Source: Selaginella moellendorffii
Taxonomy: Eukaryota; Plantae; Lycopodiophyta
Reading direction: 5' to 3'
Length of the DNA: 64,000 nt
Assembly (NCBI RefSeq): GCF_000143415.4
Contig: NW_003314331.1
Coordinates: forward strand, 917,169-981,168
Shown here: positions 13,270 to 25,285 of the stretch, piece by piece
How the letters are laid out: each line of letters starts with the position of its first letter
Numbering within the stretch: the first letter of the stretch is position 1
Made by a program: the position numbers and the translations under genes
The notes under the pieces: generated by a model
Told to the model about the DNA's origin: nothing
What the model saw: the letters and a program-made list of their open reading frames with translations, nothing else
Database searches by the model: none

Positions 13270-14121
13270 AGGCCAGGCATGGACGTCCATGAGCAAGATG
13301 AGATTGCAGTTTCGCAATGGTTTCAAGAAGCATGAGTCGCAGGTCTTCGAGATCATAACCTTTCCAAAGTTCGGCATTGGACAGCGTGCGTTTCTCATCC
13401 AGACTCAAGGTATGTATGTTTGGAGCTATGGCCGTTGTGCATTTTTTATGGTTTTTATGTTTTTGATAGAGGGAAACATACTATCTCATTTCTAGACGAT
13501 GCCACAGTGGAGATAATCAAGTCACTAGGTGGATTGAGAGCGATTGCCATCTCTCACCCGCATTACTACAGCACAAACTCTCAATGGAGCGAGGCTTTTG
13601 GAGGTGTCCCGGTTTATATCCACCAATGGTATTGTCTACCTTTGTTTCTCTCTTTTATTTCGATCTCTCTGTATCAATACTTTGGCAGGGATATGAAATG
13701 GGTTGTTTACGAGCACGAAAACGTGAAGTTCTGGGAGGGCAAAACATTCCAGCTAAGTCATGCTTTTACATTCAGGTGGGCATTTTGCTGGTGCTCAAAT
13801 CCTCCACTGGTCTCATGGAGCTCAACGGAGGGGTGTTTTATTCACTGGAGATATCTTACAGGTATAAACTTATCTCGTTTACAAACTTTGTTTTCGTTTT
13901 TTTTTCCTCGCTCCCCATGTTTGATTTGTAAGTGTACCCAACTATCTACCACTCTCGTCGAGCCATGCTAAAAGGATAAACCAGTTAACCAAGCCATGGG
14001 ATTTTGAGAGGCTTTATGGTGTGTTTCAGGACAGAGAGATTGAAGAGAACGCAAAGAGCTGCGTCGTATTCTCTCTTCAAAGGTATATTGATTGGCTATC
14101 TTTGGATGACGCTGCTGCTTA
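13270..14121 (+). pseudogene. 5'-truncated, frameshifted copy of the MBL-fold hydrolase at 22810-23886
   Basis: Near-identical to reverse complement of 22810-23720; lacks exon 1; deletions at WDCI and in the last exon. Confidence 0.85.
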
Positions 14122-14237
14122 ATGTCAATTGGCTCTCAAGTAATTAATCAGACTGAAACTCTACATGCTTTTCTGATTATGATTTGCCAAAACATTGTTC
14201 AGTGGATACATGAGTTTCTTTTTACAAGATCTTTTGT

Positions 14238-14882
14238 CTAACCTTTAAGCTTCTCCAATGCTTGTCTTACATCTTCAACTCTTGCAATTTCTTTAAGCAG
14301 ATTGCTTATCTTCTTCAATTCATCATATTTATGCCCTTTCCTGTTTTTAAATGCACGAATTACAAGTCCATTGCTAGGTTGCAAGCAAAAGGACTCTGGC
14401 TTGTCGTCCACGATCACCGTGTGTCTGAGGTCCCGCCCTAATCTCGAAAGATCTTTCACAACCTTTTTCCCTCTGACTTCCTTGGGCGAGCATGAATCTC
14501 TATAAAGGTGATGGGTGAAGAGATTCCCAGTTGGGTCGAGCCTATCCAATATCCTGTCCGCATAAGGCTTCACCGCTCGAGTAAAAACCACAATCTCATA
14601 TATCTTACTCATTTCATCTAGAAATGTATCCACGCCCGGCCGCTTTGCAACAAGGTAGCGCTGCAGTGGAAGAGTCTTCCCACTAAAGAGCTTGAGGGAC
14701 GCTGTGGCCTTGTGGGCATGGATTAGTGTCTCATCTATGTCTAACACAAGTGTGGGTTTCTCCTCCAAAGCTGGTGGTAGTAATGGAGAATTGTGTGTCA
14801 CTTTTACCTTCTTGTTCTTGTCTTTGGTGGCAATGTCGAGCGTTGCAAAACTCCAATCCCCATATTCTTTCGCCCTCTTCAT
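14238..14882 (-). CDS. SCP1/FCP1-like small CTD phosphatase (NIF/HAD), intronless
   Basis: KPTLVLDIDETLIH (DxDxT), KRPGVDTFL, YEIVVFT, YADRILDRLD, KDLSRLGRDL, IVDD. Confidence 0.88.
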   Translation of the reverse strand: MKRAKEYGDWSFATLDIATKDKNKKVKVTHNSPLLPPALEEKPTLVLDIDETLIHAHKATASLKLFSGKTLPLQRYLVAKRPGVDTFLDEMSKIYEIVVFTRAVKPYADRILDRLDPTGNLFTHHLYRDSCSPKEVRGKKVVKDLSRLGRDLRHTVIVDDKPESFCLQPSNGLVIRAFKNRKGHKYDELKKISNLLKEIARVEDVRQALEKLKG

Positions 14883-14989
14883 GGCTCTGAAAAAAGAAAA
14901 GGAAAGAATGCAAGCCCTAAGTTAAAGAATCTTTGTTAATACACTTTAGTATCATTCTCCTAGAAATTCGACCCGTGAGTCGACTTGAT

Positions 14990-16255
14990 CTCATGGACCA
15001 GTGCCAGCACGCCGCAAGCACGCTCATAAAGACGACATCGCGCTCTCCAGGATGATCCTATGGAAGGTTTCCAAGGCTTCGGTTACATGCCACCAAGTCT
15101 CGCTCTGGCATTTTCTCGAACCAAACTCGAAGGAGTCCCCTGTGAGCGAGGCCTGCCACCATTGCCATCCAGGCGATCACATCGCGCTCCTCCATCTCCT
15201 GGAAGAGGCTCATCGCTTCTTGGAGGTAGAGATGAGCGCTGTGCTTGCTCGTAAGGCATTCGATAGAAAATAAACTTTGAAGTTTAAAAATGGTTTCTAG
15301 AGGCGAGCATATGAATCATTGTCGCCCAAGAGATCTCGTTGTGGTGAGCCATCCTTTGGAATGAATCTAGTGCCTCGTCAAATGCCAATTTGCACAAAGC
15401 AGGGGGCCACCACGTCTTTGTCTGGCAGCCTCTCAAACAAAGCTTAAGCCTCTTCCACGCAGCCATGAGATGCGTAGGCGTCGATCATAGCCGTAAATGC
15501 CACCTCATTAAGATCCGGAGCATCTTCAAAGAGACGCTCCATATGCCGTCCCTGGGCATATGCTGTGATCATGGTCGCCCATGTTACTACATTCCCTGTG
15601 GGCATTCTATTGAAGAGATCTCTCACTTAATCCAGCCGCTGGTTCTGGCAGTAGCCTTGGATCATGGTCGTCTACGCCACCACGTCCTTTCGGGGCATGG
15701 AATCGAACACCTCGTGCAAGCGTGAAAGATGCCCGTTATAGGCATATGCCACGATCGTGGCCGTGCTACAAACGATGGTTTGCTCCGGCATGGAGTGGAA
15801 TACCGCCTCCGCCTCGCCGAGATTGCCACTCGGCGAGTACATCTCGATCATCGCGTTCCAGGTGATGGAATTCTTTGCAGGGATGCGATCGAAGAGCTGC
15901 TTGGCGCGCTGCACGTCCCCGGCCGCGGCGTATGCCGAGATAATGGCGTTGCTGGACACAATCTCCTACCGCGGCATGCTTTCCAGGACCGATCGCGCCT
16001 GCTCCAGGTCGTGGTTGCGAATGTAGGCCTGGAGGGTGAGATTCCAAGAGAAGAGATTCGGATCCGAGCTAGAATCAAAGACCGATCCCGCTTCCTCCAG
16101 ACATTTTGACGAGGAGATTTCGCAGGAAGACGCCGTTCTTGTGGTTGCTCTGGGCGTGGATCCGGCGGCCATCGCTGGGATTGTCGCAAGATGCGACGAG
16201 GGCGGCAAGCTCTTGGACGCCAGGAACGCGCATCGCATCATGGCCGTTGGATGAT
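14990..16255 (-). pseudogene. PLS-class PPR pseudogene
   Basis: PPR motifs (NLFSWN, LFDRIPAKNSITWNAMI, VFDSMPRKDVVA) interrupted by stops/frameshifts. Confidence 0.8.
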
Positions 16256-18206
16256 GGACGGGGTGGGACGTCCGAGGTTCAAGTCCTGGCTTCGATGCTC
16301 CAGCCAAGAATCGAATGAGGATGTTTTCGTGTCATATATGAACATCTTGCAAGACTCACATTGTCAAATTCACACTAAGCTGTGCCTCTTCATCTTTTGA
16401 TTGAGTATACATCTCGAGCAGAATCCCTCCCATTGCATTGCCATCAAATTCCAGTGTTTGAAGTTTTAGTCGCATTAATATCATACATTAACTTTGATAC
16501 CAACCGATAATTGTGATACTTGAGCAGCAAAAGAGAGCCAATCGCTATATCTTTGGCGACGCAGCTCTTTGCGTTATCCCTGTCTTGATTGAAACGCTAG
16601 AGCCTCCCAAAATCCCATGGCTCGATTAACTGTAGCAGGGCTTGCCGGGAAAGAGGTATCGACGTTGAAGGGAAGAACGTGGTGGCCTGGAACTCTATGC
16701 TGTGCGCATATGCACATATCCCGCGAATGGTGTCTTTGAAATGATGGCTCACCGCGACCAGATCTTTTGGACGATACCAGAAACCATTTTGAAAATCCAA
16801 AGTTTCTCTTGGGTAGGATTAAGAGGCTCCTCTGCCACCTCCAATCCTTGCGATCGGCTGGACGGCAGTGGTGGCAGGCTTAAGGTTGGTTCGAGAGAAT
16901 TCCAGTGCGAGACTTACAAAGAAAAAACACTTTTTTACTCAAACAGTAGATGCCAAACCTTACAATCTAGATTAAAATATGAACACTCCTTACTGCCATT
17001 TTACTATGGATTTTTCAGTTCACTATAGCTCACTACTTTTGTATGTTCCTTAGAAGTTGTAACAAATCAAGAGAATATGTGCATCCTGCTTGTATATCCC
17101 TTAATCCTGGCTCTTAGTTGCATGAGAACTCTTACCTTCTAGCTAGCTGCTAGCTTCTTTGAGGTCCTCTCTCGACATAGCCATGCAGCAAAGTAATCCA
17201 TGAGATTGAGTTCCTCAATGTCAAAGGTGTTATTTTCGGAGGTGATGTTGAGATTTGTCTTGGTAATCAAGTAGATTTGAGACATAAATTCCGTCAAAGC
17301 ATTAACCAAGAAACCACTGCTCTTCACTTTAATTCCCGTAGAAAACAATAAGATTATTAAAATCTTAAATTAGTGGAAACTAGACAAATTTGAAGTTGTT
17401 TAGCCACTTTATTATACACCTCCTCTTTTCGTGCATGTAACTCCCTTATCTTTGGAGTGCCTCCAATATGTACTCATCTCAGGCTGTTCAAGTGAAGAAT
17501 TGTGCTAATCAGTTTGTTTAGAAAATAGCAAGTGCTCCTCAATTGTGAGTTAACTATATTTTAATTATCTTACCTGTTGAATCACGAGAGCTTAGTGGTT
17601 TGTCTTCTTCCACTTCAAGTCTCTTCAGTTTTCTACAACTAGACCTCAACCTCAACTTTTACATAGGTAGTCTTCAATATCTTGATCATAGTTTCAAGAG
17701 CTGCTTCATTACTAACCTTAAATGATCAACATCCTCATTGTCTGCATAATTTTTGAGCCAATGCAGCCTTTGTCTTGACGTACAGTACGTCACTGGTCAA
17801 ACATCCAGCTGAGACATCTTGTTCTGATTGCAATGAGGATAATCATGTCATAATTTGTTGAAGTTTATAACAACAAATTAATAAGTTGTTAAGAGAAAAA
17901 AAAAACATTTTGATTAAGATTTTTAAACCATAGTTTTTAATAAAATAAATCACGACCATCAAAAATTAAAAAAACCTAAAATCTAAACCAAACAAAAAAA
18001 ATATACTTCTTATGAAAAAGAATAAGCACAATTCACTAATCAGAATTAGTGATCCTGAAAGTTACCTGATTGCATAGCATTTTTCAGTACATATAAGCTC
18101 CTAATCAAAGCCGTTTTGTGTGGGCGAAATCTTTGATCGAGCCTTGGCACCAAAAGACTTTTCTTCCCAGCTATCTTTTTTACATAAAACTCTACCTATT
18201 TAGTGG

Positions 18207-19490
18207 TCAGTCGTCATATTCGTCTTCCTCGTCTTCATCAGGATCGTCTTCTTGTTTCCTGGATTTGGTGCTCAAAACCTCCTTGCCTCCTTTCGACTCT
18301 TCAATGTCCTTGCGGAGCCGATCCATGTCTGCTTGACGGCGCTTCTCTTCAAGCCTCGCTTTCTCGGCTTTCTTCTTCTCGAGCTCCACCCTACTCAAGC
18401 ATGCTCGTTTGATAAACCCGAAGAGAAAAAAATTTAAAAACAAACACCAAGAAAGACTTACAAGTAGCCTGTCCTGTACTCCTCGGCACTCTCCTTCACC
18501 GCCTTGAAAAACTCCACCATTCCGGATCCAGTGATGGCTGAAACCCCCACCGATCGAAGGTTGTTGTAAAACTCGTCCAAGACCAAGCACAGGCTCTTGC
18601 TGAGAGACGCAGCATACGAAGTGTCCGACTCGACTGCTAACTGAAAAGCCTCGAAGTCTTTCATCCACTGCACCGAGAAAAATTCTTTGAAACACGCGTC
18701 TCAACCTGGCAAGCAGAAAGGTACCTCGAGAGCGAACTGGTGCTTCACCACGTCCGTCTTGTTAAACGTGACAATGAACGGCAGCTGCGTCTTGTAGAGA
18801 ATGCTGCAGGCGTAGAGCATGTTGCTCATGAACGTAACTGGGCTGACGGAGCGAGAGGTGTCCACAACGTAGATCACGGACGTCGGAAAGGTGCACGCAA
18901 AGGCCTCCGTGACGATCGCGCCCGACGCCGACCAAGTGAAAATCTCGATCTGTCCGGGTGTGTCGATGAGCACGTAGTCCACTTCGTTGGCTCTCTTCTC
19001 CACAAGGCTCACGATCTAAGAACAAAACCAGCAAGTATGATCCGCGAACTCCTTTCGTTTTCAACGCAAGAAAAAGCACTAGCTCACCTCATCGATCTTC
19101 GTCGCGAAGAGATTGAGCGATGTGAGAATCGCTCCATTCGGTCCGAGGCGGTACTCTTTCATCACATTCTTGTAGTTGACAGTGTCACGGATGTCGATGT
19201 TACAGCCGTAAGGTACCGACGGCACCGCGGGATCGAGATTAAGAACGTAGGGCCGCTGCTTCATGGCGTGGATCTCCCCGACAAGGCGCTGCATCAGCGT
19301 CGTCTTCCCACTGCCTACGCAAGGGAGGAGGAGAAAGAGGGAATTTCTCGGCCTGGTGGGGTGGGAGAGCAATGCACTCACCGGCCATTCCGATGACGAT
19401 CAGCACCACTGGCCTCTTGTCCGACACCTCCATTCTTTCCATCTTGTCGCGCACATCCTCCTCCTCCTCGTCCATTCGCTCCACCTCCAT
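18207..19490 (-). CDS. GPN1: GPN-loop GTPase 1 (XAB1/QQT2-like), multi-exon
   Basis: [64 protein letters not shown]. Confidence 0.95.
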
Positions 19491-19573
19491 CGCTAAAACC
19501 CTAGACCTAAAAACCCAAATGACCTAAATCACAAGCTCTATAAATCCAGCAAAGTTTCCTTTTAAAAACAGCC

Positions 19574-19984
19574 ATGGCTCAGGTCAAGATGTTAATGGTG
19601 GTGGTGGTGATGGTGGCGCTACTGTTGCTCGCAGAGGGAATTGAAGGAAGGAGAGATCCTCTTAGCAGGGGAAGTGGAGGATCCAAAGGAGGCGGTGGAG
19701 GATCGAAAGGAAGTGGTGGAGGATCCCAAGGAGGCGGTGGATCAAAAGGAAGTGGTGGAGGATCGAAAGGAGGCGGTGGATCAAAAGGAAGCGGTGGAGG
19801 ATCCAAAGGAAGTGGTGGAGGATCGAAAGGAGGCGGTGGATCAAAAGGAAGTGGTGGAGGGATCTTCCCAAACTGCCCAGTCTGTTCACAAATCATATTT
19901 GACGACAGTGGTTCTTCTCGGTGCTCCGCCACCTCCACCGCCACTGCCATCGCTGCCGCCGCCGCAGCTTTGGCTGTCCTGTAA
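19574..19984 (+). CDS. Glycine-rich secreted protein (GGGSKGSG repeats), possible GPI anchor
   Basis: Hydrophobic N-terminal signal, ~9 G/S/K repeats, CPVC, Ala-rich hydrophobic C-terminus; TATA-like tataaat at ~19538. Confidence 0.7.
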   Translation: MAQVKMLMVVVVMVALLLLAEGIEGRRDPLSRGSGGSKGGGGGSKGSGGGSQGGGGSKGSGGGSKGGGGSKGSGGGSKGSGGGSKGGGGSKGSGGGIFPNCPVCSQIIFDDSGSSRCSATSTATAIAAAAAALAVL

Positions 19985-20699
19985 GGTTTGACATCTACTG
20001 TTTGAGTAAAGAAGTGTTGTTTTTTATTTTGGTAAGTCTCGCACTCTCGAACCAACCTCGTCCAGGCGATCGCATCACGCCCTGGAAGAGGCTTGGAGGA
20101 GCCTCTTAATCCTATCCAAGAGAAACTTTGGATTTTCAAGATGGTTTCTAGTGTCGTCCAAAAGATCTCGTCGCGGTGAGACATCTTTTTGAAGAGATCA
20201 TTCGCGCCATATCCGCACAGCATAGAGTTCCAGGCCACCAGGCCACCACGTCTTTCTTTGGGAGCGTCTCAAAGCCTCTAAAACGTCGATACCTCTTTTT
20301 GGCAAGTCATGCTACAGTTAATCGAGCCATGGGATTTTGGGAGGCTCTAGCGTTTCAATCAAGACAGGGATAACGCAAAGAGCTGCGTCGTCAAAGATAT
20401 AGCGATTTGCTCCCTTTGGAAGACTCTGCTGCTCAAGTATCACAATTCTTGATTGGTATCAAAGTTAATGAATGATATTAATGCGACTAAAACGTCAAAC
20501 ACTGGAATATGGATGGCAATGCAATGCCTCGGGATTGTGCTCAAGACGTATAAAGATGGTATCTGGGAGTTGAAGAGGCACAACTTGGTGTGTTACGTGA
20601 ATTTGACAATGTGAGTCTTTTATATATGCACAAAAACACCCTCGTTCCCGGACCATGGTGCTTGACATGGAAGCCAGGACTTGAACCTCGGACGTCCAC

Positions 20700-21936
20700 C
20701 CCGTCCATCATCCAACGGCCATGATGCGATGCGCGTTCCTGGTATCCAAGAGCTTGCCGCCCTTCGGGGCCGGGGACGTGCAGCAGCTCTTCGACCTCAT
20801 CCCTGCCAAGAATTCCATCACCTGGAACGCGATGACCGCGATGTGCTCGCAGAGTGGCAATCTCCGCGAGGAGGAGGCGGTATAGCAAACCCTCGTTTTT
20901 AGCACCGCCATGATCGTGGCATATGCCCATAACCGGCATCACTCACATGCGCGTGAGGTGTTCGATTCCCTGGCCCAAAAGGACGTGGTGGCGTGGAGGG
21001 CTATGATCTAAGGCCACTTCCAGAACCAGCGGCTAGATGAAGCTAAAGATCTCTTGGATAGAATGCCCACAAAGAATGTAGTAACATGGACGACCAGGAT
21101 CACAGCATGTGCCCAGGAAGGGCATATGGAGCAAGAAAAGAGTCTCTTTGAAAATGCCCCGGAACTTAATGAGGTGGAAATTACGGCTATGATCGACGGC
21201 TACGCATCTAATGGCTGCGTAGAAGAGGCTAAATATGTTTTTGAGAGGCTGCCAAAAAAAGATGTGGTGGCTTAGAATTCCATGCTTTGTGCATATGCCG
21301 AGAATGGGCATTTTGAAGAGGCACTAAAAGATGGCTCACCGCGATTGGGCGACAATGATCCATCTGCTTGTCTCTAGAAACCATCTCAAAAATGCAAAAT
21401 TTATTTTCAATCGAGTGCCTTACGATAGCAAGACGGCAAGCACAGCACTCCTCTCAGCCTATCTCTGGAACAGCCACCTCCAAGAAGCAATGAGGCTCTT
21501 CCAGAGGGCGGGCGTCGCAAGGGACTCCTCTTGGAGGATTGAGTTTGGTTCGAGAGAATGCCAAAGCAAGACTTGGTCTCACAGACTGCAGTGGGGTGGC
21601 CATGTATGCTTCCACCGGGCATGTGACAGAAGCCTTGGAAACCTTCCATAGGATCATTCTGGAGAGCGTGATGTTGTCTTTACGAGCGTGCTTGCAGCAT
21701 GCTGCCACTCAGGCATCATGAAAATCTCTTGGGACTACTTTCAGTCAATGATCCAGGACTATGGAGTCAAGCCCATGGGAGAACACTATTGCAGGCTTGT
21801 GGAAGTGTTTGCAAGGGCCGAGGCCGAAAAGCAGCATGAGTGTTGCTTGGGTCTTGCTGCTTGCCAGAAGATCCATAAGGATCTTGAATATGGAGCTCCA
21901 GCTGCCGAGAGGCTCTTGGTGCGGGTTATTTACTAA
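20700..21936 (+). pseudogene. PLS/E-class PPR pseudogene (inverted paralog of 14990-16255)
   Basis: Broken PPR motifs ending LAACCHSG..DYGVKP..EHYC. Confidence 0.8.
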
Positions 21937-22003
21937 AGTGTATTAACCTGATTTATAAAAATCATTTACAATTAAGCTAGGGCTCGCATTCTTTCTATAT
22001 GCA

Positions 22004-22640
22004 ATGAAGAGGACGTGGGAGTATGAGGAATGGAGTATTGCAACACTCAGACATCACTACCAAAACAAAGAACAAAAAGGTAAAGGTGAAGAGGTGACAC
22101 ACAATTCTTTGCTACTACTACCAGCTTTGGAGGAGAAACCATGCTTGTGTTAGAAATGGACAAGAAATTAATCCATGCCCACAAGGCCACAGTGTCCCTC
22201 AAGCTCTTCAGTTGGAAAACTCTTTCACTGGAAGTGCTATCTTGTGGCAAAAAGGTTGGGCATGGATACATTTCTAGACGAGATGAGTAAGATATGTGAG
22301 ATTGTGGTCTTTACTCCGAGTGGTGAAACCATATGTAAACAAGAACTTGAATAAGCTCAACCCAGCTAGGAATCTCTTTGCCCATCACCTCTACAAGGAT
22401 TCATGCTCCACCAAGAAGTCGAAGGGAGAAAGGTTGTGAAAGATTTTTTGAGATTAGGGTGGGATGGTGATTGTGGACGACAAGCCAAAGTCCTTTTGCT
22501 TGCAGCCTAACAATGGAATTATTATCCGTGCATTCAAAAATAAGAAAGGGCATAAGTATGATGAATTGAAGACAATAAGCAAAGAAAATTTCAAATGTTG
22601 AAGATGTAAGACAAGCATTGGAGAAGCTAAAAAGTTAAAC
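22004..22640 (+). pseudogene. Frameshifted SCP1-like phosphatase copy
   Basis: Reverse-complement paralog of 14238-14882 with indels; DIDET changed to EMDKK. Confidence 0.85.
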
Positions 22641-22809
22641 AAAAGATCTCGTAAAAAAGAAACTCATGTATCCACTGTGTATGCTGTAACACTGTTCACT
22701 CTAATTGATTGTGGCATAGTTTCCCTCACGAAAACAAATGTCCAATTTAAACTTTGGAAACAATGTCATGGCAAATCATAATCAGAAAAGCATTCAGTCT
22801 GATTAATAC

Positions 22810-23886
22810 TTAAGCAGCAGCATCATCCAAAGAGAGCCAATCGATATACCTTTGCAGAGAGAATACGACGCAGCTCTTTGCGTTCTCTTCAATCTCTCTG
22901 TCCTGAAATGCACCGTAGAGCCTCTCAAAATCCCATGGCTCGATTACCTGGCCTATCCTTTTAGCGTGGCTCGACGAGAGTGGTATATAGTTTGGATACG
23001 ATCTCATTATGCTCACTGTTTTGTTGTCCATCCCCACCTACAAATCAAACATGGAGTGAGGAAAACAAAACGAAAACAAAGTTTGTAAACGAGAGAAGTT
23101 TATACCTGTAAGATATCTCCAGTGAATAAAACACCCCTCCCCTGAGCTCCATGAGACCAGTGGAGGATTTGAGCACCAGCAAAATGGCCACCTAAATGTA
23201 AAAGCGTGAGTCCCTCCCATAGCTGGAATGTTTTGCCCTCCCAGAACTTTACGTTTTCGTGCTGGTAAACCACCCATTTCTTATCCCTGCCATAGTATCG
23301 ATACAGAGAAATCGAAATGAAAGAGAGAAACAAAGGTAGACAATACCATTCGTGGATATAAACCGGGACGCCTCCAAAAGCCTCGCTCCATCGAGAGTTT
23401 GTGCTGTAGTAATGCGGGTGAGAGATGGCAATCGCTCTCAATCCACCTAGCGACTTGATTATCTCCACTGTGGCATCGTCTAGAAATGAGATGCAGTCCC
23501 ACAGTATGTTTCCCTCTATCAAAAACATAAAAACCATTAAAAAAAATGCACAACGGCCATAGCTCCAAACATACATACCTTGAGTCTGGATGAGAAACGC
23601 ACGCTGTCCAATGCCAAACTTTGGAAAGGTTATGATCTCGAAGACCTGCGGCTCATGCTTCTTGAAACCATTGCGAAACTGCAATCTCATCTTGCTCATG
23701 GACGTCCATACCTGGCCTTCCCTAAAACTAAATGTCAGGAAAACTCGAGGGCAAAAATCTTAGATGGGCATACCTTGGAACGAACTGGCGATCATCGGAG
23801 CAAATAATACACGACGAAGGCGGGCCTTGGGAGGATGTTGGAGGGAACTCCACCCCACAAGTCTTACAAATATGACCATCCGCCAT
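22810..23886 (-). CDS. Metallo-beta-lactamase-fold hydrolase (YmaE-like) with N-terminal CxxC..CxxC; 4 short introns
   Basis: ICKTCG..CIICSDDRQFV; FGIGQRAFLIQT; NILWDC; AIAISHPHYY; GGHFAG; LFTGDI; SYPNYIPL; FERLYGAF. Confidence 0.85.
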
Positions 23887-24055
23887 AAAATGCCTGCCCC
23901 AATTTTGGTACAAATTACAATACCGCTAAATACCTCCACGTATGGAGCTCCATAAGTTTGAAATCCGAGAGTGTTAACAAGGATTCTCGTGGTGTCTTTG
24001 TAAAGCAATAACGCCGTCCATTGCTTAGAAACCTTAAGAGATAACCATAGAAGGA

Positions 24056-24628
24056 CAAAAGGACAACACTATCCATACTTATGGAAACATCGTCTACATG
24101 AAATGCACATCTACTATACGATTCGGACGACTGTCCTAAGACCATCACAAGAAAAGTGATTTATATTTTGGAGAGAACTAAACGAGTGAAAAATCGGTGG
24201 CCATAGAGACTGGATCCCTCCAAATACTCTGCATTCTAGGAGAAAGATGGACAGACCTTGAGATCCTCTGACGGTATCGGCTTCTGGATGATGTGGAGGT
24301 GGAGGTCAGACTTGCTTACTATCACTTGCATGTCCAAGCCTCCTGTTTGAGCGGTGTTGGACGCTCCATTGAAGCAAGTGCATATAACACGGTTAAAGAC
24401 GTTTCTTACTGGAAAGCCATCGTTATAGAGCAGCTGATTGGGGACGACTATCAGCTAGAATGCAGCGTATTTGGAGGGATCCAGTCTCCATGGCCACCTC
24501 ATTTAGTCCTGTCCAAATTATCATTGACTTTTACTGTGATGGTCTTAGGACAATCGTCCGAATCGTATAGTAGATATGCATTTCATGTAGACGATGTTTC
24601 CATAAGTATGGATAGTGTTGTCCTTTTG
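24056..24628. repeat. 94 bp inverted repeat (24056-24149 / 24535-24628), ~385 bp spacer
   Basis: caaaaggacaacactatcc...agaccatcaca vs tgtgatggtct...gtgttgtccttttg. Confidence 0.9.
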
Positions 24629-25212
24629 GAGAGTGCTGGTTTGTCCGATCATCACAACCGTGTCAACATAACCGAAAACTCTTTTGGCTGTGAAACAACT
24701 GGAAAAGAAAAAACAAGAAGAGAACAAACGGAAAAAGCGCTTACCGGATAGGATGGATCTTACACTGCCGCTGAGACGCTCAACCCAAAAGTAAGCTGCG
24801 CAAACATTAGGAGATGATATCCGTTTGATCCATCGCCAGGAAAAGGAGCCTGCTCTCTTACAGTCTCCCGTCCAGGAAGACGAGTTTGGCTCCATCGTGC
24901 ATAACAGTGGACTACATAAAGACAAGATGATAAAGCTGTCAATTCATGAGCTCGCTGAAACATACCGAGTTCCAAACCAATGAAAACACAGAAAGAAGAA
25001 GAAGAAGAAGAAGTACCCACACTACTGATGGAGTAGAATTTTTGTTTTTTGAAGTTTGAATTTTTGTTCTTTGTAGCATCTTTGCCAGAACGCGAGCTGT
25101 TTTCTAGCTCTGTATAGGTTGCTCGCTGGAGACAAGTGGCTAGAGACTGCTCCGGAAACCACGCATTAAGATTAAGATTAGTTGCAGCGCAACCACTTCA
25201 AAAGTTGATGAA

Positions 25213-25237
25213 TGCGGTGAGCGTGGATCGAACACGC

Positions 25238-25280
<43 letters not shown>

Positions 25281-25285
25281 CCCGC
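25213..25285 (-). tRNA. trnF: tRNA-Phe(GAA)
   Basis: GCGGGGATAGCTCAGTTGGGAGAGCGTCAGACTGAAGATCTGAAGGTCGCGTGTTCGATCCACGCTCACCGCA; full cloverleaf. Confidence 0.97.

Larger units (their letters stand above)
13270..23720. repeat. Inverted segmental duplication: arms ~13270-16965 and ~19980-23720
   Basis: MBL, CTD phosphatase, PPR remnants and an MBL 3' fragment recur in mirror order. Confidence 0.88.

Noticed and set aside
19579-20238. Proline-rich extensin-like ORF on the minus strand
   Set aside because: Mirror image of the Gly-rich gene fused to a PPR remnant; no signal peptide.
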